Of a DNA stretch of 64,000 nucleotides, positions 1 through 28,483 are shown piece by piece (within the stretch, counting starts at the first letter, position 1; the number at the start of each line of letters is the position of its first letter). Location of the stretch: the NCBI GenBank assembly GCA_039096225.1, contig JBBPEB010000006.1, positions 620,001-684,000 of the forward strand, read 5' to 3'. This stretch comes from Blastocystis sp. Blastoise (Eukaryota; Protista; Bigyra: Opalinata). The notes under the pieces are model-generated. The model worked only from the letters and a program-made list of their open reading frames with translations, did not search any database and was not told where the DNA came from. Position numbers and translations under genes: made by a program.

Positions 1-7430
<7,430 letters not shown>

Positions 7431-8042
7431 ACTACAGAGTTTTAGTAATAACTTTTTCTATTTATAGATGCTTAAATATACTTTTTAACGATATATTGGT
7501 TAAAACAAAAATTGAAAATAAATTTCGTTTAAATCTTTCTGAATAAATCTGAAAAACAAACTACTAAAGAACAGATTCTAATTTTGAAACTTGGTCCCAT
7601 AGTAGTCTTGTGGAATTAATAAAATGAAGTACATAACGTTGTGATTGTAAAACAATGTTAATAGTAGATATTTAATAAAAATAATTATTATTAACAGTCT
7701 TTAAAAATTTCAATTTAGTTACCAAACAGAAATTCGTTTCCTCTTTGTTTGTCTCAAAGAATGGATAATGTTTATTTGATCATTTATAATATTATTTCAA
7801 AAAAAATAATAATAATTACCATTTTCAACCACAAAGATTCTTTTGATAACTTTTACTCTTACAAAAACGCATAAATATTTTTCAACTAGTTTATATAAAT
7901 TAAAAGGTTGATACTTCTTTTTAAATAAAAAAAAAACAAACAATATATTTACGAGTCATCATCTAATTTAAAAACAGCAATAATAAATAATAAAAGAACA
8001 CAAAAGAATAAATTCTTATTTTTTTTAATTGATTAGTTATGT

Positions 8043-9043
8043 TTAACAATCCATATGCATATACCAACGACCAAAGTATTTGTTAATTTGTTCTAAGAAT
8101 ACAAGAGTGAAGATGGTGTGAGGACCAACACGAAGGAAGTAGGGAAGGAAACCTTTCCAAAGACTAAAGAAACCTTCTCTCTTAACAGTACCAAGCATAC
8201 AATCCATAGCACCTTTATATTGACCAGGTTTAGCAGTTTGAAGACGAGTTTTAGTAATATCAAGAGGAAGAGAAGCAACAGAACATAAGAAACCAGAAAT
8301 AAGAGAACAAACAGTATGTAAAGGTAAACCATCATTCTTAATAAGACCATAACGATCTCTAATAAGTTCTTTAGCTTGAGCATAACAACCTAATTGAACA
8401 GGAGTAATAACACAAGCACGAGTAACAGAAGTAATAGAACCAACCCAAAGAGTCTTAAGACCTTCTTCTTTATAAACTCTAACAAGAGCTTGAATAGCAT
8501 TTTTATAACCACGTCTTTGTTCAGGAGGTAAACGACCATCAGCAGTCATACGAATAAGAACAACTTCAGCAGGATTACCGACATAAGCACCACAAGCACC
8601 ACCAACAATACCACAAGCCATCTTTTGAAGGAAAGTAGTATTCTTACCACCGTTCTTCTTCTTGATGATAGAAATAAGTTGATTGTTGACACCAAGACGG
8701 ACAGTACCATAGGTAAGTTGACGTAAGATAGCAGCAGTATAACCATATATAAATAATGAATATAAAATTTATTCAAAAAAAAATTTAATAAAATAGAAAA
8801 ATTAAATAAAAAAAGTTAAGAAATATATATATAACCTTTGTAAAGAGCCATAACACCTTCACCCTTAACAACCTTCTTAATACAATCGAAAGAACCTTTG
8901 TAAAGTTTCTTACCGTCTTCACCACTGAGTTGCATACGAGTCTTACATAAATCCATAGGTTGAACAATGGTAGTAGCACAACAAGCAGCTAAACCACCAT
9001 TTACGTAATTAGACCAACCAGGGAAACTCTTAGTATCAACCAT
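8043..9043 (-). CDS. Mitochondrial carrier, 2-oxoglutarate/malate or dicarboxylate type (SLC25A11-like); 2 exons
   Basis: Three Px(D/E)xx(K/R)xR-type signatures: PMDLCKTRMQ, PAEVVLIRM, PLDITKTRLQ. Also RQLTYGTVRLG and RMTADGRLPPEQRRGY, typical of OGC/DIC. One intron at about 8744-8835. Confidence 0.9.
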
Positions 9044-10725
9044 CTTCAGTTATATCAAATACAAGATAAAAATAAAAATATATAATTCTTATAGTCAATA
9101 AATTTTTTTGATGGACTCTAGAAAAAAGATGACGCTAACAGAAAAAGCAAAGGAAAACCAATCAATCCCCCTGACGCATTCTACATCAATGATTCCTCGT
9201 TTCGATTGGCTTATTTAACTCGACGCCAGGGTGTGCCAAAACTGCGCTTTTAGCGCAAAGTGCGCTTATTGATGCTGTTTTTGCGCTTAAACGATTATTT
9301 TACATTTTCTCTCTGATTATTTATTTTTTTCACTTGAAAATAGTTCGGTTTTGTGTAGCACGTCAAGATAAGCTCAAAAACAATGTCTTTGAAAAAATAC
9401 CGACGGTTTTTAAGAAAATTATACTTGTTTTTTTATTTTTTTTAGTGGTTTTTTAATTATTTTTTGACTGATTCTTCAGTGTTTTTTTGTAAAAACTGGC
9501 TCTTTTTGCGCTTTTTTTCCCCATTTCCCGCTGAAAGAGGTCCTGCCTGATGACCCCTGCTCGACGCTACAGAAGTTCAGTATAAACAATCCAATGAATC
9601 TTTGAAGCAAGACTCTTTTTGAATTCTATTGAATCTGATTTGTTTTTAATGGTTTATTCATGAAGATGGCAAAAGAAAATTTTTTATGGAATGACTGATT
9701 TTAATTATCTTTGTTTGGAGAGTATATATGTTCCTAATTATTGTAAAAACAAACTCCCTTGACTATTTCAAGCAGATCAACTACAAAAACAACACCAAAA
9801 TGGTCACTTCCGTTATTTTTCGTCAATAAATCACTTATCTCGCATTCTTATGCATGTATTATCATCCTATATACACAAATAGCTTATTTACTGGTCGTAG
9901 ACTCCTATGGCTATACAAATAAAGCTTGTTTTGAGGCTCTGATGCGTCTCTTATTTGAATAATGGCTTCTAGATACATTGAACGCTAAAAGGATATTACT
10001 ATCAGATTCGTCAAATAAGATTATGAATTGATTCAATTATACATAGAAATAATTATTGCTAGCAAACAGTGTATTTTTAAATATAAGGGTATCAAAATTG
10101 TTGTTAAAGGTTCTCTCCGTAATGAAGATTAGTCTATAATAAATATGAAATCTTGTCGAACAAGCAAAAAAAACATTTTTCATTGAATTGCCTTTTTTTA
10201 TATTCTAAATTCATTCATTAGAAAGCAGAGTGCTTTTTCAATAAATATTATGAAAATAAGATTGATAATATCCTTTATAAGCGTTGAAAACGTCAAATTC
10301 ATTTCAAAAGGATTATTTTTGTATTTAGAATTCTATAAAATCAATGGTTTAAAAATCATTTTTTTTTCTAATGATCGCTAATTTTCTGTTCTAATTCAAA
10401 TAATCAATTCTTTGATTTACTCAACTTCACGTTATTTCATCATCGTAACATTCAAATAGCTAATACAGATCGATCTCACTATAGTTTTCCAAATACAAAA
10501 CTTTTATTTTATTTTTAATTTTGTTACAAATCGTATTTCACTATGACTTATATTTTCATTTCATTAATAATTGGAATAAACACCTGATACAACATAATGT
10601 GTTTTTTTTTAATTCGTAGTTAAGCATACGTTCATCTTTGATTTATATAAGGGATATTGACCTTAATTTATTAAATATAACATAAAATAGATGAATACGA
10701 ATAAAAGAAATTGATTCGGAGAAAA

Positions 10726-12184
10726 ATGGAAGAGAAATTGCTAGCAATTGCCAAAAGTGTGATTTTCATAATATAGTAAACCTGGTAATAATTGTTATTT
10801 ATATAAAAGAGCATAATAAATAATCATTTTGAATTACTATAAAGTCTATTATGTGTGAGAATCCCGATCTGTTAAACAAGGCGATGGATCAATTTCCTAC
10901 ACTGTTTGAAAGCGATATGATGATAGATATACGATCACATATTTTCGACGATATAACACAAGATTTATCAAAATATGTAGAATACCCATCAACACTATTG
11001 AATATGAATGAATATGTTGATAATTGGATGAGGGAGTATAGATCTATGACTGATCAATTTTCTAAATCTCCTGTTAATTGTTATCATCGTGACTATTTAG
11101 ATTTTGCTCATGACGAACTTCTTCTACAATATCAGGCTTTACACAAGAATGGAGAACCGATTAATAAATATAATTCTTATAAACTTGATTTTTTTAGACA
11201 TATTGTCAATTCGAATCCACACACTTTTCCTTTCTCCTTTTTACAATCATCTCTTCATCCTGGTGATATATTATTTAGTCTTGATTGTCTGAATGTTTAT
11301 TATCAAGCTGATATATCCTTTTTTAACTTTTTCTTATATTTATTGATTTTTCTTTTATTTGTTTTATTTTATTTTTTTCAATTATTTATTTTTTTTTCTA
11401 TATTTAGTATTCATTTTATATATATATATATATTCCTTAATAGATAACCCTATGGTTTTATTACGTTCTTTATATAAAAATGATGATATTTATTTTGTTA
11501 ATGGGAATCGAAATCAAAATGTAATGATAGTGTTTATCAAATCAACGTCAACTATATATGTCATTTCTTTTGGAACTTCGAAAATCATGGATATACTAAC
11601 AGATTTAGGTATCAAAGAAAAGCCATTTCTTTCTGGTTATATTCATGAAGGTATTCTATATAGATATTTATTATTTTAAAAATATGTTTATACATATAAA
11701 TCGATCAATTTTATACTTTTTTTACATTATTATTAATATTGTTATTATTATTTCTTATAATATTTAGTTATATAGATATTTTTATATTATTAATATTGTG
11801 GTTATTATTTCTTATAATGTTTAGTTATATATATATATTATTATTATATTATTATTAATATTGTGGTTGTTATTTCTTATAATATTTAGTTATAGATATA
11901 TATATTTATATTTTTATGGATATTGTTCATGTTATTTCTTATAATATTTAGTTATATACATTTTTTACAAATAGTGCATCATTTTTCTACTATTCTATGA
12001 ATTATAAATATATAGGCTTTTATAATAGAGCCCATGAAGTATATGAATATATAGAAGATTCTATCAGTTCTTTCATTACATATCATAATAAACATTTTAC
12101 AGAATTGGCGCCAATTCGAATCGTTTTGGCGGGACATTCTCTTGGAGGAGCTGTTTCTCAAGTTCTCTATTTTATATTTAAAGT

Positions 12185-12247
<63 letters not shown>

Positions 12248-12620
12248 TATATTTATATACTATTTGTCATGAATATTATATACTTATATATTTTAGAGAG
12301 AGACAGAGTATTATGTATATACATATTATTGTTTCTATAGATATATTTATTTCATTTTAATGACTTTATTTTAATTCTTATAAATATTCTTATAATAAAT
12401 AAATAATGCTACATATATATATATATAGAATCATCCTGAATATAACATCTTTTGTATAACTTATGGCAGTCCATTTTCTGTTTCTGAAGAATTACAGTCA
12501 ATAATAACAAATAATAAGGAGATATTAAATTTTATTTGTGCTGGAGACCCTATTCCTTGTATTACTTCTCAATACTATCTTGGTATATATATAATGATTA
12601 ACTTTTTTAATTTATACATG

Positions 12621-12663
<43 letters not shown>

Positions 12664-12740
12664 TTTGCTTTTGTTTTTATTAGTATATTTATATATTTAT
12701 TATTATTTTTATTGTTTTTTTTTTATTATCATTTTATTCT

Positions 12741-12792
<52 letters not shown>

Positions 12793-12885
12793 TCCTACCT
12801 TGAAGAAGATATGTTCACATATATCAAAGTATATCGATCTCTCTTATCACTATACTTTTATGATTCTATTTAATTGTAAAATTAC

Positions 12886-12943
<58 letters not shown>

Positions 12944-13424
12944 TAATACCAAAATCATTATGTCCTGATATTATTACTAACTGTAAAAATGGTAATTATG
13001 GAAGCTTCCATTCTATAGGAAAAACTATCATTGTATATATATATATATATATATATATTATTATACTTATTATTATACTTATTATTATCAACATTATTAT
13101 TATTTATGTATCACAAATATATTTTTCATTTCTATATAAATAATGTATAGTTACATTATGGTGATGATTTTGTTCTTGTGGAAGATGGTGAAATTCAAGA
13201 GGATGGAACTTTTGGAATCGAATTACAGTATTATTTTGATATAAGAAGAATTCCTACTCATCAATTAGATCTATATATTGTATTAATATTTAAAGTTATA
13301 ATTGATAATTTGTCATCAATATAGATATATTTATAAACTAACTTATTATTAAATCATTTTTTTATTGATTTTTTATGTGAATCATTTCTATTTGAAATAA
13401 TTATTTTTAATCTAGAATTATTAA
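10726..13424 (+). CDS. Class-3 lipase (alpha/beta hydrolase), multi-exon; start approximate
   Basis: Exons give SFGT...DILTDL, GYIHEG, the nucleophile motif LAGHSLGG, TYGSP, GDPIP and a C-terminal THQLD. Confidence 0.8.
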
Positions 13425-13668
13425 TAAGTATTACATGTAGAAAATTAGATCCAACATCAATTTTCCAATACAATTATTATTTACTTTTCGATTTATTTGT
13501 CGTTTTTTTTTAATTAATTCATCGTGTTTTGTTCAATAAACACATTTTGAGTGTTTATAATTATTCGTGTTTTTATACTTTATAGTTTTTGATTCTTTGT
13601 CGTGTACGTGTTTATAGATTAATAATTATAAATTGTCAAAATATACAATTTTTTTAAGATTAAATAAA

Positions 13669-14646
13669 ATGGAATTACCTATTGATCTTGAACAAAAGAA
13701 TATAGAGAATCGTAATTCAGTTATTCGTAAGATTTCAAATTATTTAAAAGAAATAGCTAGTCTTAATAAGAGACTACATTTCTATTCTACACGTCTTTCT
13801 ACTAATTTTGAGTATGTATCTTGCTATTGAACTTATATTATCATTAATAGTGAAATTGGAAATATATATGGAATTAAAGAAACAGTATCTGTTGTTAGCA
13901 ATGGTATTATGAATGAAGAAAACTCTAGAATGATTGATTTAATTCAAGTATTACTACTCATAAGATTCTATATATACTTATCTATATAGAAAGCAAATTA
14001 TTTATCAAATATGATGAAAGATTTAGAAATACGAGATGTTCAACCAATCAAAGAGATGATGCAAGAACTTCAAAAAGTAGTGAAAAATAGAAAGAAATAT
14101 GATAATAAAATACAAAAAGCAGAAAGAAAAAATAAAAATGTATGATAAATATAATAGTATTAATATATATTGATACATATACTCAATAAATATATTAATA
14201 TATATAAACCGAAAATAATATATATATAGCCAAAAAAATATATTTATATAATAAAAAATATATAATAAAAAACATTTTTTAGGATAATTATTTGAGAGAT
14301 TTAGAAGAGAAACGAATACCTTTACTGGCAAGAGAAGAAGAATTAACCATGAAAATCAAAGTAAAACAAGAGAATTCAGAAAAACAAACACTTCAAGAAA
14401 TAGAAAAAATGATGTGTGAATATATAAATGGTATAATAATTAAATATCCTCTATATATAGTAATAATACTATATAAATAATTCTTTATATAAATAATACT
14501 ATATATATAATAAAACATATAAACAATAAAAGATATATATTATATGAATTATTTTGATTATATTTATAGATTTAGTGAATTACCATCAACATGCACTTGT
14601 GGCTTTACAATCTGCTCAAGCATTTATTCAAGAAAAAGAACTGTAA
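13669..14646 (+). CDS. Small helical/coiled-coil protein, possibly BAR-like; multi-exon
   Basis: Spliced exons MELPIDLEQK...YHQHALVALQSAQAFIQEKEL* are charged and helical. The family call is a guess. Confidence 0.5.
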
Positions 14647-14759
14647 ATATATTATATATATATATTATATTATATTATATATATTATATAGAGTAATACA
14701 TTATATATATAGTTATATATATACATATATATATAGTAACATTGCTCATGAAGCAGCAT

Positions 14760-14793
<34 letters not shown>

Positions 14794-14969
14794 AATGATA
14801 AATAGAAATACTTAATGAATAATAATATAAACGAATAATTTTTATACTTTATAGAATATAATTATATTTAGAATAGATTTCAGTTATATATATAAATAAA
14901 TGAGTTTTGTTCTTTATTAAACAAAAATAGAGTATTAAAACATCACTTTTTATTAATAGAACTATATTT

Positions 14970-15701
14970 CTAATTATGTGTTTCTGTGACATGGAATGGC
15001 CTAAGATTGGGGAGTAATGCATGAGGGTGTGCTACATGATCAATACAATGAGAACAGATACAAAACATATTTGGACATGATTCGCATTCATAACGAATAC
15101 TATTGAAGATATCCATATCACATATATCACAAAAGAAATGTCCTTTGTCTTCAATTGTAGATAATTTTTGGACATCGTACTCTATAGATAATAGAAATAA
15201 ATAGAGAAATACAAGATAAACATCACATATACTTTGAGAAAAAGAAGACCATTGTTGTTCCAATTGTTTTTTAATAGATTCTTTGTAGATTTGTGTTTTA
15301 TCCTTTACTTGATAATAATAAACTTCTTTTGAATCATTGACACTCCTATCAGATACACTATCATTCAATAATTCTTTTGACTTACTTTCTATATCAATAT
15401 AAAATCAATATATTATCATTTCATACCTTGAATAGGTAAGTTGAATAAATTTGAATCCTTTAATTGAACAGGAAGAACAGTATCACTAATAATGACTTTA
15501 TAAAATATAATTAATGAATACAAGATACTATTTTTTGTAACGAGCCTTTCTTTCAGATTCTGTTTCAACTTGGTTGCTTTCCTCTGTAGCAAATTGAGGT
15601 AACGATGGTATCACAAAAACTTCAGGAAGATCCGTAGACCATGATATATGTCTTCTCAACTTCTTGTTACTCTCAGGAACAAACTCTATAAATCTTTTCA
15701 T
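14970..15701 (-). CDS. ZZ-type zinc finger protein with an N-terminal RVxF-like motif (RHISW)
   Basis: The C-terminal exon reads CDICDMDIFNSIRYECESCPNMFCICSHC...HPH. ATG at 15701 opens MKRFIEF...RRHISWST. Confidence 0.65.
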
Positions 15702-16827
15702 CTATATATCAATCAACGAACTCTGAATGAAATGTTGTTTTTATTATTTAAAAATATATATAACACTATGTGGGAATATGCAATTCACAATATATATTTT
15801 TATTTATAATAAAATAATAAAAACAAACACGAAAAATAATATTGAATTCCAAAAATGAAAAATATTTAATTTTATATTTTTAAAAGCCATTGTTAACATT
15901 AATTTATTTTTTATGAAACATTTCAAATCAATGTACTAATTCTATATCTGTTCTTTATTAGTAATAAATAATGTGACTTGAACTGTAAATTAGTTGAACA
16001 TTTGTTCATTTATGTCTACAAAATTTCGCTTTTATTTGGATCGCAGATATAAAACATGAATTTTATGCTTCGTTTAAAGAAAATCAAATGTCACTTTCAT
16101 TACTTATAAGAATTTAAATATGAATACTCTCCTATTATTTCATATCCATTAATGTAAATATTTATTATGTATTGATTATAGATTTGTAGTATATTTGTTT
16201 ATCATTTCAAAATAAAATTAAAAATAAAAATAATAATTACAGCCTAAATTATCTTATGGAGTCCGTTCTTTTTTACAATTTCAATGATTTTTAAAAGATT
16301 CAGGAAAGATACAAGCAATAAATGTATTCGTATCCGTATATCGAAACACAGGAACTACCTTTATATGTTTATTTCATGAAAAACAGAGGATACGTTTTTT
16401 TTTTCTTTATTATATCCCGAGTAAATCTTGTCTTTTTATATAGATTATCTGTGTATAATAATGAGAATATGAGACCAATGACGGATTCTTCTATTCGCAG
16501 AGAAATCAACACATGTCTATGCTGAACACTTTTTTATAAGCAATTTAAGTATATATAATAAAGCGATAAATATTTCTGGATCTTAAAAACATAGTATTCA
16601 TGTATAGATAATAAAATGACCTCAGTACAAAAAATGAATAAACGAAAAAGTGTTCATAACAATTAGTATTGTCAAAACACAGTTGGCAAATCGAAATGGA
16701 AATAATGGATTTCTGGGCAGAATTTTACAAAATTTCAGGAAAACAGGAAAGAGTCGGTAATTACCTAACATTATTCAATTTAATTTCATAAGCTTATGTA
16801 TATTTATTAATATATACTAAATCTAAT

Positions 16828-20403
<3,576 letters not shown>

Positions 20404-21523
20404 ATATATAATTTATATTTGTATAATTTATTTAATAATTATGTATATATACGTTTATATATACTCCTATTTAATCGACAATCTTTTTTTCCCATACTAT
20501 TTATAGTTACTATCATTTATTTATGTTGTATTATACTATACTAATAATATAAGCAATATGTTATATTATCTATTTATTAATAGACTAGTGTTTTTTTCTC
20601 TTCATTCAATCAGTACTTATCATTATTTTTTTAATTTTTTTTTCTATATCATTTTATATATATATATTTTAGCATTATATATATATATATTTTTTTTTTC
20701 TATAACATTTTATATTTTTTTTTTATATCTTTTTTATACATATTTTTTATACGTTTATTAAATGTAAATATTTATAAATCTGTATTCTTATATACCTTGT
20801 TGTTTTTCTTTCATTACTATAGTATTGTTTTACTTCACTTTTCTTCTTTTCTTATAATTATGTTATGTTTAATACATATATATATATCATTTATTATTGA
20901 ATCTTTATGGAAATAATTAGAAACATATATATATATATATATTATTTCCTTTCGTTTCGTCATTTCAAATGTATTTCTGACATTTGTTTTCAAGTATATT
21001 TCAATAATTCAAATAGTTGTGTTTTTTTTTAATTTATTTCTCTTTATGTTCTACATGATTGTCTATCTTTTATTTTATATATTGTTTCGTTTACCTAGTT
21101 CATTTTATTACTTCTTATATGTTAGATATACGTATGTTTTATTTAACGCAAAATATTTTATTTGTTTCAACATATTTTATATACATATTGTGAACAATCT
21201 TTATTAACTTATATTCAAATTTGAATATATTTATAACTCAAATCAGCAATTTCTAAATTGAATTGAATCTTCAAATTACTTAGATATTCATTTTCAAAAT
21301 AATATCAATCGTATAATAAAATTATGTCATTGTTTCAGCTTTATATAATCTTTATATATATATAACAAACCATGTAAATAAAAAGAATAAAAACTCTACT
21401 AAAAGAATTTTGAATCTAAATATTTATATTAAAAGACAAGTGTCAATAAACTTATTAGAAAGTTAAAATACATATATATATTATAAAATTATCAGAAATA
21501 AATGTATATATATATTATTAATA

Positions 21524-23866
<2,343 letters not shown>

Positions 23867-24141
23867 GATACTTTGATTAAAAAAAGAAATAAAAGAAATG
23901 AATATACAATTATGGGTTCACATTGATTGAATGAATTTTTAAAAACTCAGTTCTCATGAATAACCATGAACAAATAGGCAATATGCCAATAAAATCAAGA
24001 TTCATGGTTTCAACTAGGGAAACCAACCTCAGTTCCCTAATTATTGGAAACAAATGATGTGTTTCTACTTATATGATTGGTTCTTCTTTTCTGAATAATG
24101 AATCATCCAATAAAAAGAATGATGAATAAAAGATAAAACAA

Positions 24142-26941
24142 AGGAATATCTGTCAAACGCGTATCGTTTTTTTCTCAAACGCGTATTTTTATGTTTTTGT
24201 GTATATTTTGTTTTTGGTTGAACTCAGTTGATATTTATTTTTTTTAAATAATTTTTTGCATAAACTCTTTTCTAATCTATCAGAGACTACTTCATAAATA
24301 TGAAGTGTATACACATAATACACAATGAAAAATCAGTACACAAAGTTGCTCGTCTTATTTTATAGTACCAACTTTTTTAATGACAAGAGCGACTTATTAA
24401 AAAGAGTTAATCTAAAAAATATATAAGAATATGTTTATCTTCAAGAATATACAAATAATTTTCACTCAAATGAGTTTGAGCAAGTATCACTTGAATAATG
24501 TTCTTTCAAAATTAGTCTATTACAACATAAATGAGGTCTATATCGTCTGCAATTATTGTTAACGTATCTATCTTAAAAATTAGTAATATCTTATCAATAA
24601 TTTAGTGCTAATTCTCATATTATTATCATTAAAAATCATTATTTGTTGGATATTATAATCAACCCTAAATCAAGACTAATATAAATGATAAAATAATCAC
24701 TTAACATTAAGAAATACACTACCTTTAGACACACAATTAACAACTGTTTTTTATAGTTTTATATATTGAGTTAACAATCCTACTCATAAAATAAATTAGT
24801 TAAAGAAATAATATGTCAAGTTATTTATAAAATAATATCTATGTATAAACATATAATAAAAATTAAGAATAATGAAAAAGACAACAAAAAATTTCACACT
24901 CATTCCTTTACTCCATGAATATTCCTGATTACTGAAGTTCATAGAATGATTAACTAGTTTCTATTTTTATATATGTATAAAATATAAGCCGTGCTTATTT
25001 ATATTATTTATATTAAAATATTTGAAATTAAATTTAGTGTTTCAAAAAGAGGATTTTATTTTTTTTTACATTTTTTATTGTTTTTCATAAAAACACTAAC
25101 TAACTATGATATTTTGACGGTTAATAATAAGTCACAGAGTATTGAAATTTTGGTATATTATGCATCTATCAATCTATATTATATATATAAACCTTGAAAA
25201 CAATTAATGAAATATTTATTGATTCAAGGGCATGATAACAATACCCTAAAACGAGTTTTTAAAAAATGTATATTATGTCAAATATATATATGTTTTCTTT
25301 ATGTGTTTATTTCTCTTTATTATATTTTTTGCAACTATAGTCGAATATCTATCATTTTTAAATAATTTAAAATTCTGAAATTTATTTATAATTTATATTA
25401 CTTTATTGTCAAAAAGTATGAAAAAAATGCATTTCATTGTGTTGTATCATAATGTATTGATTCTAGAATTTTCACTATCATAATGTAATAGCAAGCATAT
25501 AAACAGTTTGAAACTGCACATACTTTTGAATTTCTATTTTTCAATATGGGAAAAAAGAAAAAAGTGTAAAAAACTCAAAAAGCCATATACATATAATTTC
25601 TTTTGTGTTAATAAATATTAAAATATTTATATATAAATCTATATTTTACTAAATAGAGATACTTAACATTGTACTAATTTAATATATATAAACTGTTCCC
25701 AATCTACATGAAGAGATAGGTAACCTGACATTAATTAATAACAGAAAAAAATCATTTTTTTTTTGGCTTTTTCTTTCTTTTAGCAGCTTTCTTTATACCA
25801 GTAAGAATTATTTGTTTTTTAAAATATCATTTGAATATTTATATAAGAGAGTGTTAAATATATAAGAATATATTTTTTTTGTTTTTAATTCAATAATTAT
25901 CAAGAACTATCACTAAGTGTAACAACCCTTTTTTAGAAAAACACTTTAACGTCAATTGAAAATGATTATTTTTCTCCATAAGGAAAATATTAAAAAGATA
26001 TTTATTAACATAATATTAAAGTTCACATAACATATATCTTATAACTATAAATTAAAATTATAAATAAATCAATTTGGTGAAACTAGACGCTTGCAAATCC
26101 ATAATAAATCAAATTTTCTGTTTAGTGTTAATAAACTATGAAGAACTAATTTTTATGTTTTTTGCTTATTGTTGTAGTCAAAAGTATTTGGTACTCAAGA
26201 AAATATAATTATTTTTAGTTTGATGATATTGGAAGTTAATCATTTTACAATTCTAATAATTATAAAATATTTTATAATCTACAAAAATTATTATGAAAAA
26301 TATTCACGTCATATGCAACCTAAAAATAAAAATATGACTGTCTGAAATAAAAGACAGAAACCTGAAAATAGAATTATGACATGACAAATATATTTATTGT
26401 TTTATTTATTTTATTAATTAGTTCAATCATTTAATCATAGTACAATAGTTGAAATCAATTTGAGAAGAATCTGATTATTTATAATAGGGATTTCAACCCA
26501 TTCAAAATTTTATCTCATATATTTAGCTTTTAAGTCATTACAATATATTTAAAGTACTCTGTAGAAAGTAAATCATAATAAATTAAAACAAACAAAGAAT
26601 ATGAAGTTCAGTATCACGACCTAGAAGACAGTTTCAAAGACTTATTTGTCGACAAGATTATGTCAGAACTCATTCTCTATGTGTATTTACGAAATCAGAA
26701 TGACCTAACAAAGTTTGACAGAGTACACCCTTGAAATGAATACAATTTGACTCTTATTTTTCTTCTTCATAAGGCACTAATGAAATATTTAATCATATGT
26801 TGTGTGTAATAGCACTGAAGCTTGACATAAAAAGTTATATAGCTAAGAAAAAAATATCACAGTTATTCTTTTATTTTAGAAAATAATCTTGAGAAAATAC
26901 GCGTTTGAGAAAAAAACAATACGCGTTTGACAGATATTCCT
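24142..26941. mobile_element. Non-autonomous or decayed DNA transposon with 48-bp terminal inverted repeats
   Basis: 24142-24189 (AGGAATATCTGTCAAACGCGTATCGTTTTTTTCTCAAACGCGTATTTT) is the reverse complement of 26894-26941 at 47/48 positions. Each TIR has two CAAACGCGTAT subrepeats. There is no long internal ORF. Confidence 0.75.
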
Positions 26942-27487
26942 AAAGTGAATATTGTTTTTAGGGTGTCATCTATCATGAATGGTTATAGAATCAAGATAAA
27001 TAGAGATTACTTTGATTTCCAAAGACCTGTAGAATGTTTCGAGAAAAAGGGAATTACTTAGGAAATGCATTCTAGGGTATGCAATTGTCTATTTTATATC
27101 AGTATTATCATTGTTGTGTTTTTTATTCTTTCATTTTATGATCAGAAATCAACAGTGTTTAGCTTAGTATATTATTTGAGTATAGTCAATCATAAAAGAT
27201 AATAATTAAGTTTTTTTGTATTCTGTTTTCATTACAGTTTTAGAAAAGCAATTCTAAATGCATAAAGAATATATGAAAGAATAACTCCATTGTCATTCAC
27301 AGGAGTATCATCAATCACATACTATTTAATTAAAATATGCATGCTACGCTGTTGTAAAATACTTTCAGGATAGAATGTATGCTATCAAAAGAAATTCAGG
27401 TTTTCTCGCAGCTAAAAGAAAAGAAAATCGAATATTTTCTATTTTTTCAAGAATTGTCATTTGAATTTAATATAGATATTGTTTATA

Positions 27488-28483
27488 ATGAATACAGTAG
27501 AAGGTTTAAAGTTCTTACAATATTGCAACGACTTGAAACAACTTCCTAGAAGAGGATGGGTACTTAGAGGAGTTGAGAATCCAGAAAGTGTTGCTGATCA
27601 TAGTTGGAGAGTTGTATGAAAATATTCGATTATGTATCATTGCATTATTTTTGATTCGTTTATATATAGGGTATGATGTCTTTTTTAATTGTAGCAACTG
27701 ATGTTGATAAAATCAGGTAATTTCTTAATTAAATTTAGATATATATGTTATGTTTTGTTTGTCTTTCGCGTTGGCTATTGCGTTTTTCATTGTCTATGAG
27801 TTCTGTATATAGATGTATGAAGATGGGTTTAGTTCATGATTTAGCCGAAAGTATTGTAGGTGATATTACTCCAGTAGATAATGTTGCTGAGGAAGATAAG
27901 CATGATCGTGAAGCAGTACGTTGTTTTCTTTTTTGTTTATTTATTTATTAATTTTTTATATATGTTTAGAGAGGTTTTCTTGAAATTGTTTCACATTTAC
28001 CTAAAGAAGTTGGTATATAATTATAATTATAATTATGATATATATATATATAATCTATAGCTGAAGAAATTAGTGGTTTATGGCATGAATATGAAGATCA
28101 AAAAACACTTGAATCCCATTATGTCTATGATTTTGATAAGCTAGATATGCTTATTCAAGCTAAAGATTATGAATATCGTATTTATATTTATTATTAATTT
28201 TTTATTATTATATTTATTATTATATTTATTATTATATTTATTATTATTATCGTCTTTATTATATTTATTATCATCATCATCTTTATAATATTTATTATTA
28301 TTAATTTACTATGTCTTCCATATATAGAACAAAATAAAGATCTTGAAGAATTCTTCTTTAATTGTCAAACATTAAAAACAGATATGGGTAATGAAGTAAG
28401 TTATACTATTATATACCTAATAATTTATATATTTATAGTATTTAAAGACATTAATTTCTCAAAGAAAAGTAAATAACCAATAA
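27488..28483 (+). CDS. HDDC2: HD-domain 5'-deoxynucleotidase (HDDC2/YfbR-like), multi-exon
   Basis: LKQLPRRGW...[30 protein letters not shown] and [15 protein letters not shown]. Confidence 0.9.

Noticed and set aside
8546-8979. Apparent frameshifts or multiple ORFs in the mitochondrial carrier
   Set aside because: Manual translation shows one intron and a continuous exon 2 (8743-8043).
11720-11960. ~55-60-nt imperfect tandem repeats (TATTTCTTATAATATTTAGTTATA) that could be mistaken for CRISPR
   Set aside because: This is an intronic AT-rich minisatellite in a eukaryotic lipase gene, with no unique spacers or cas genes.
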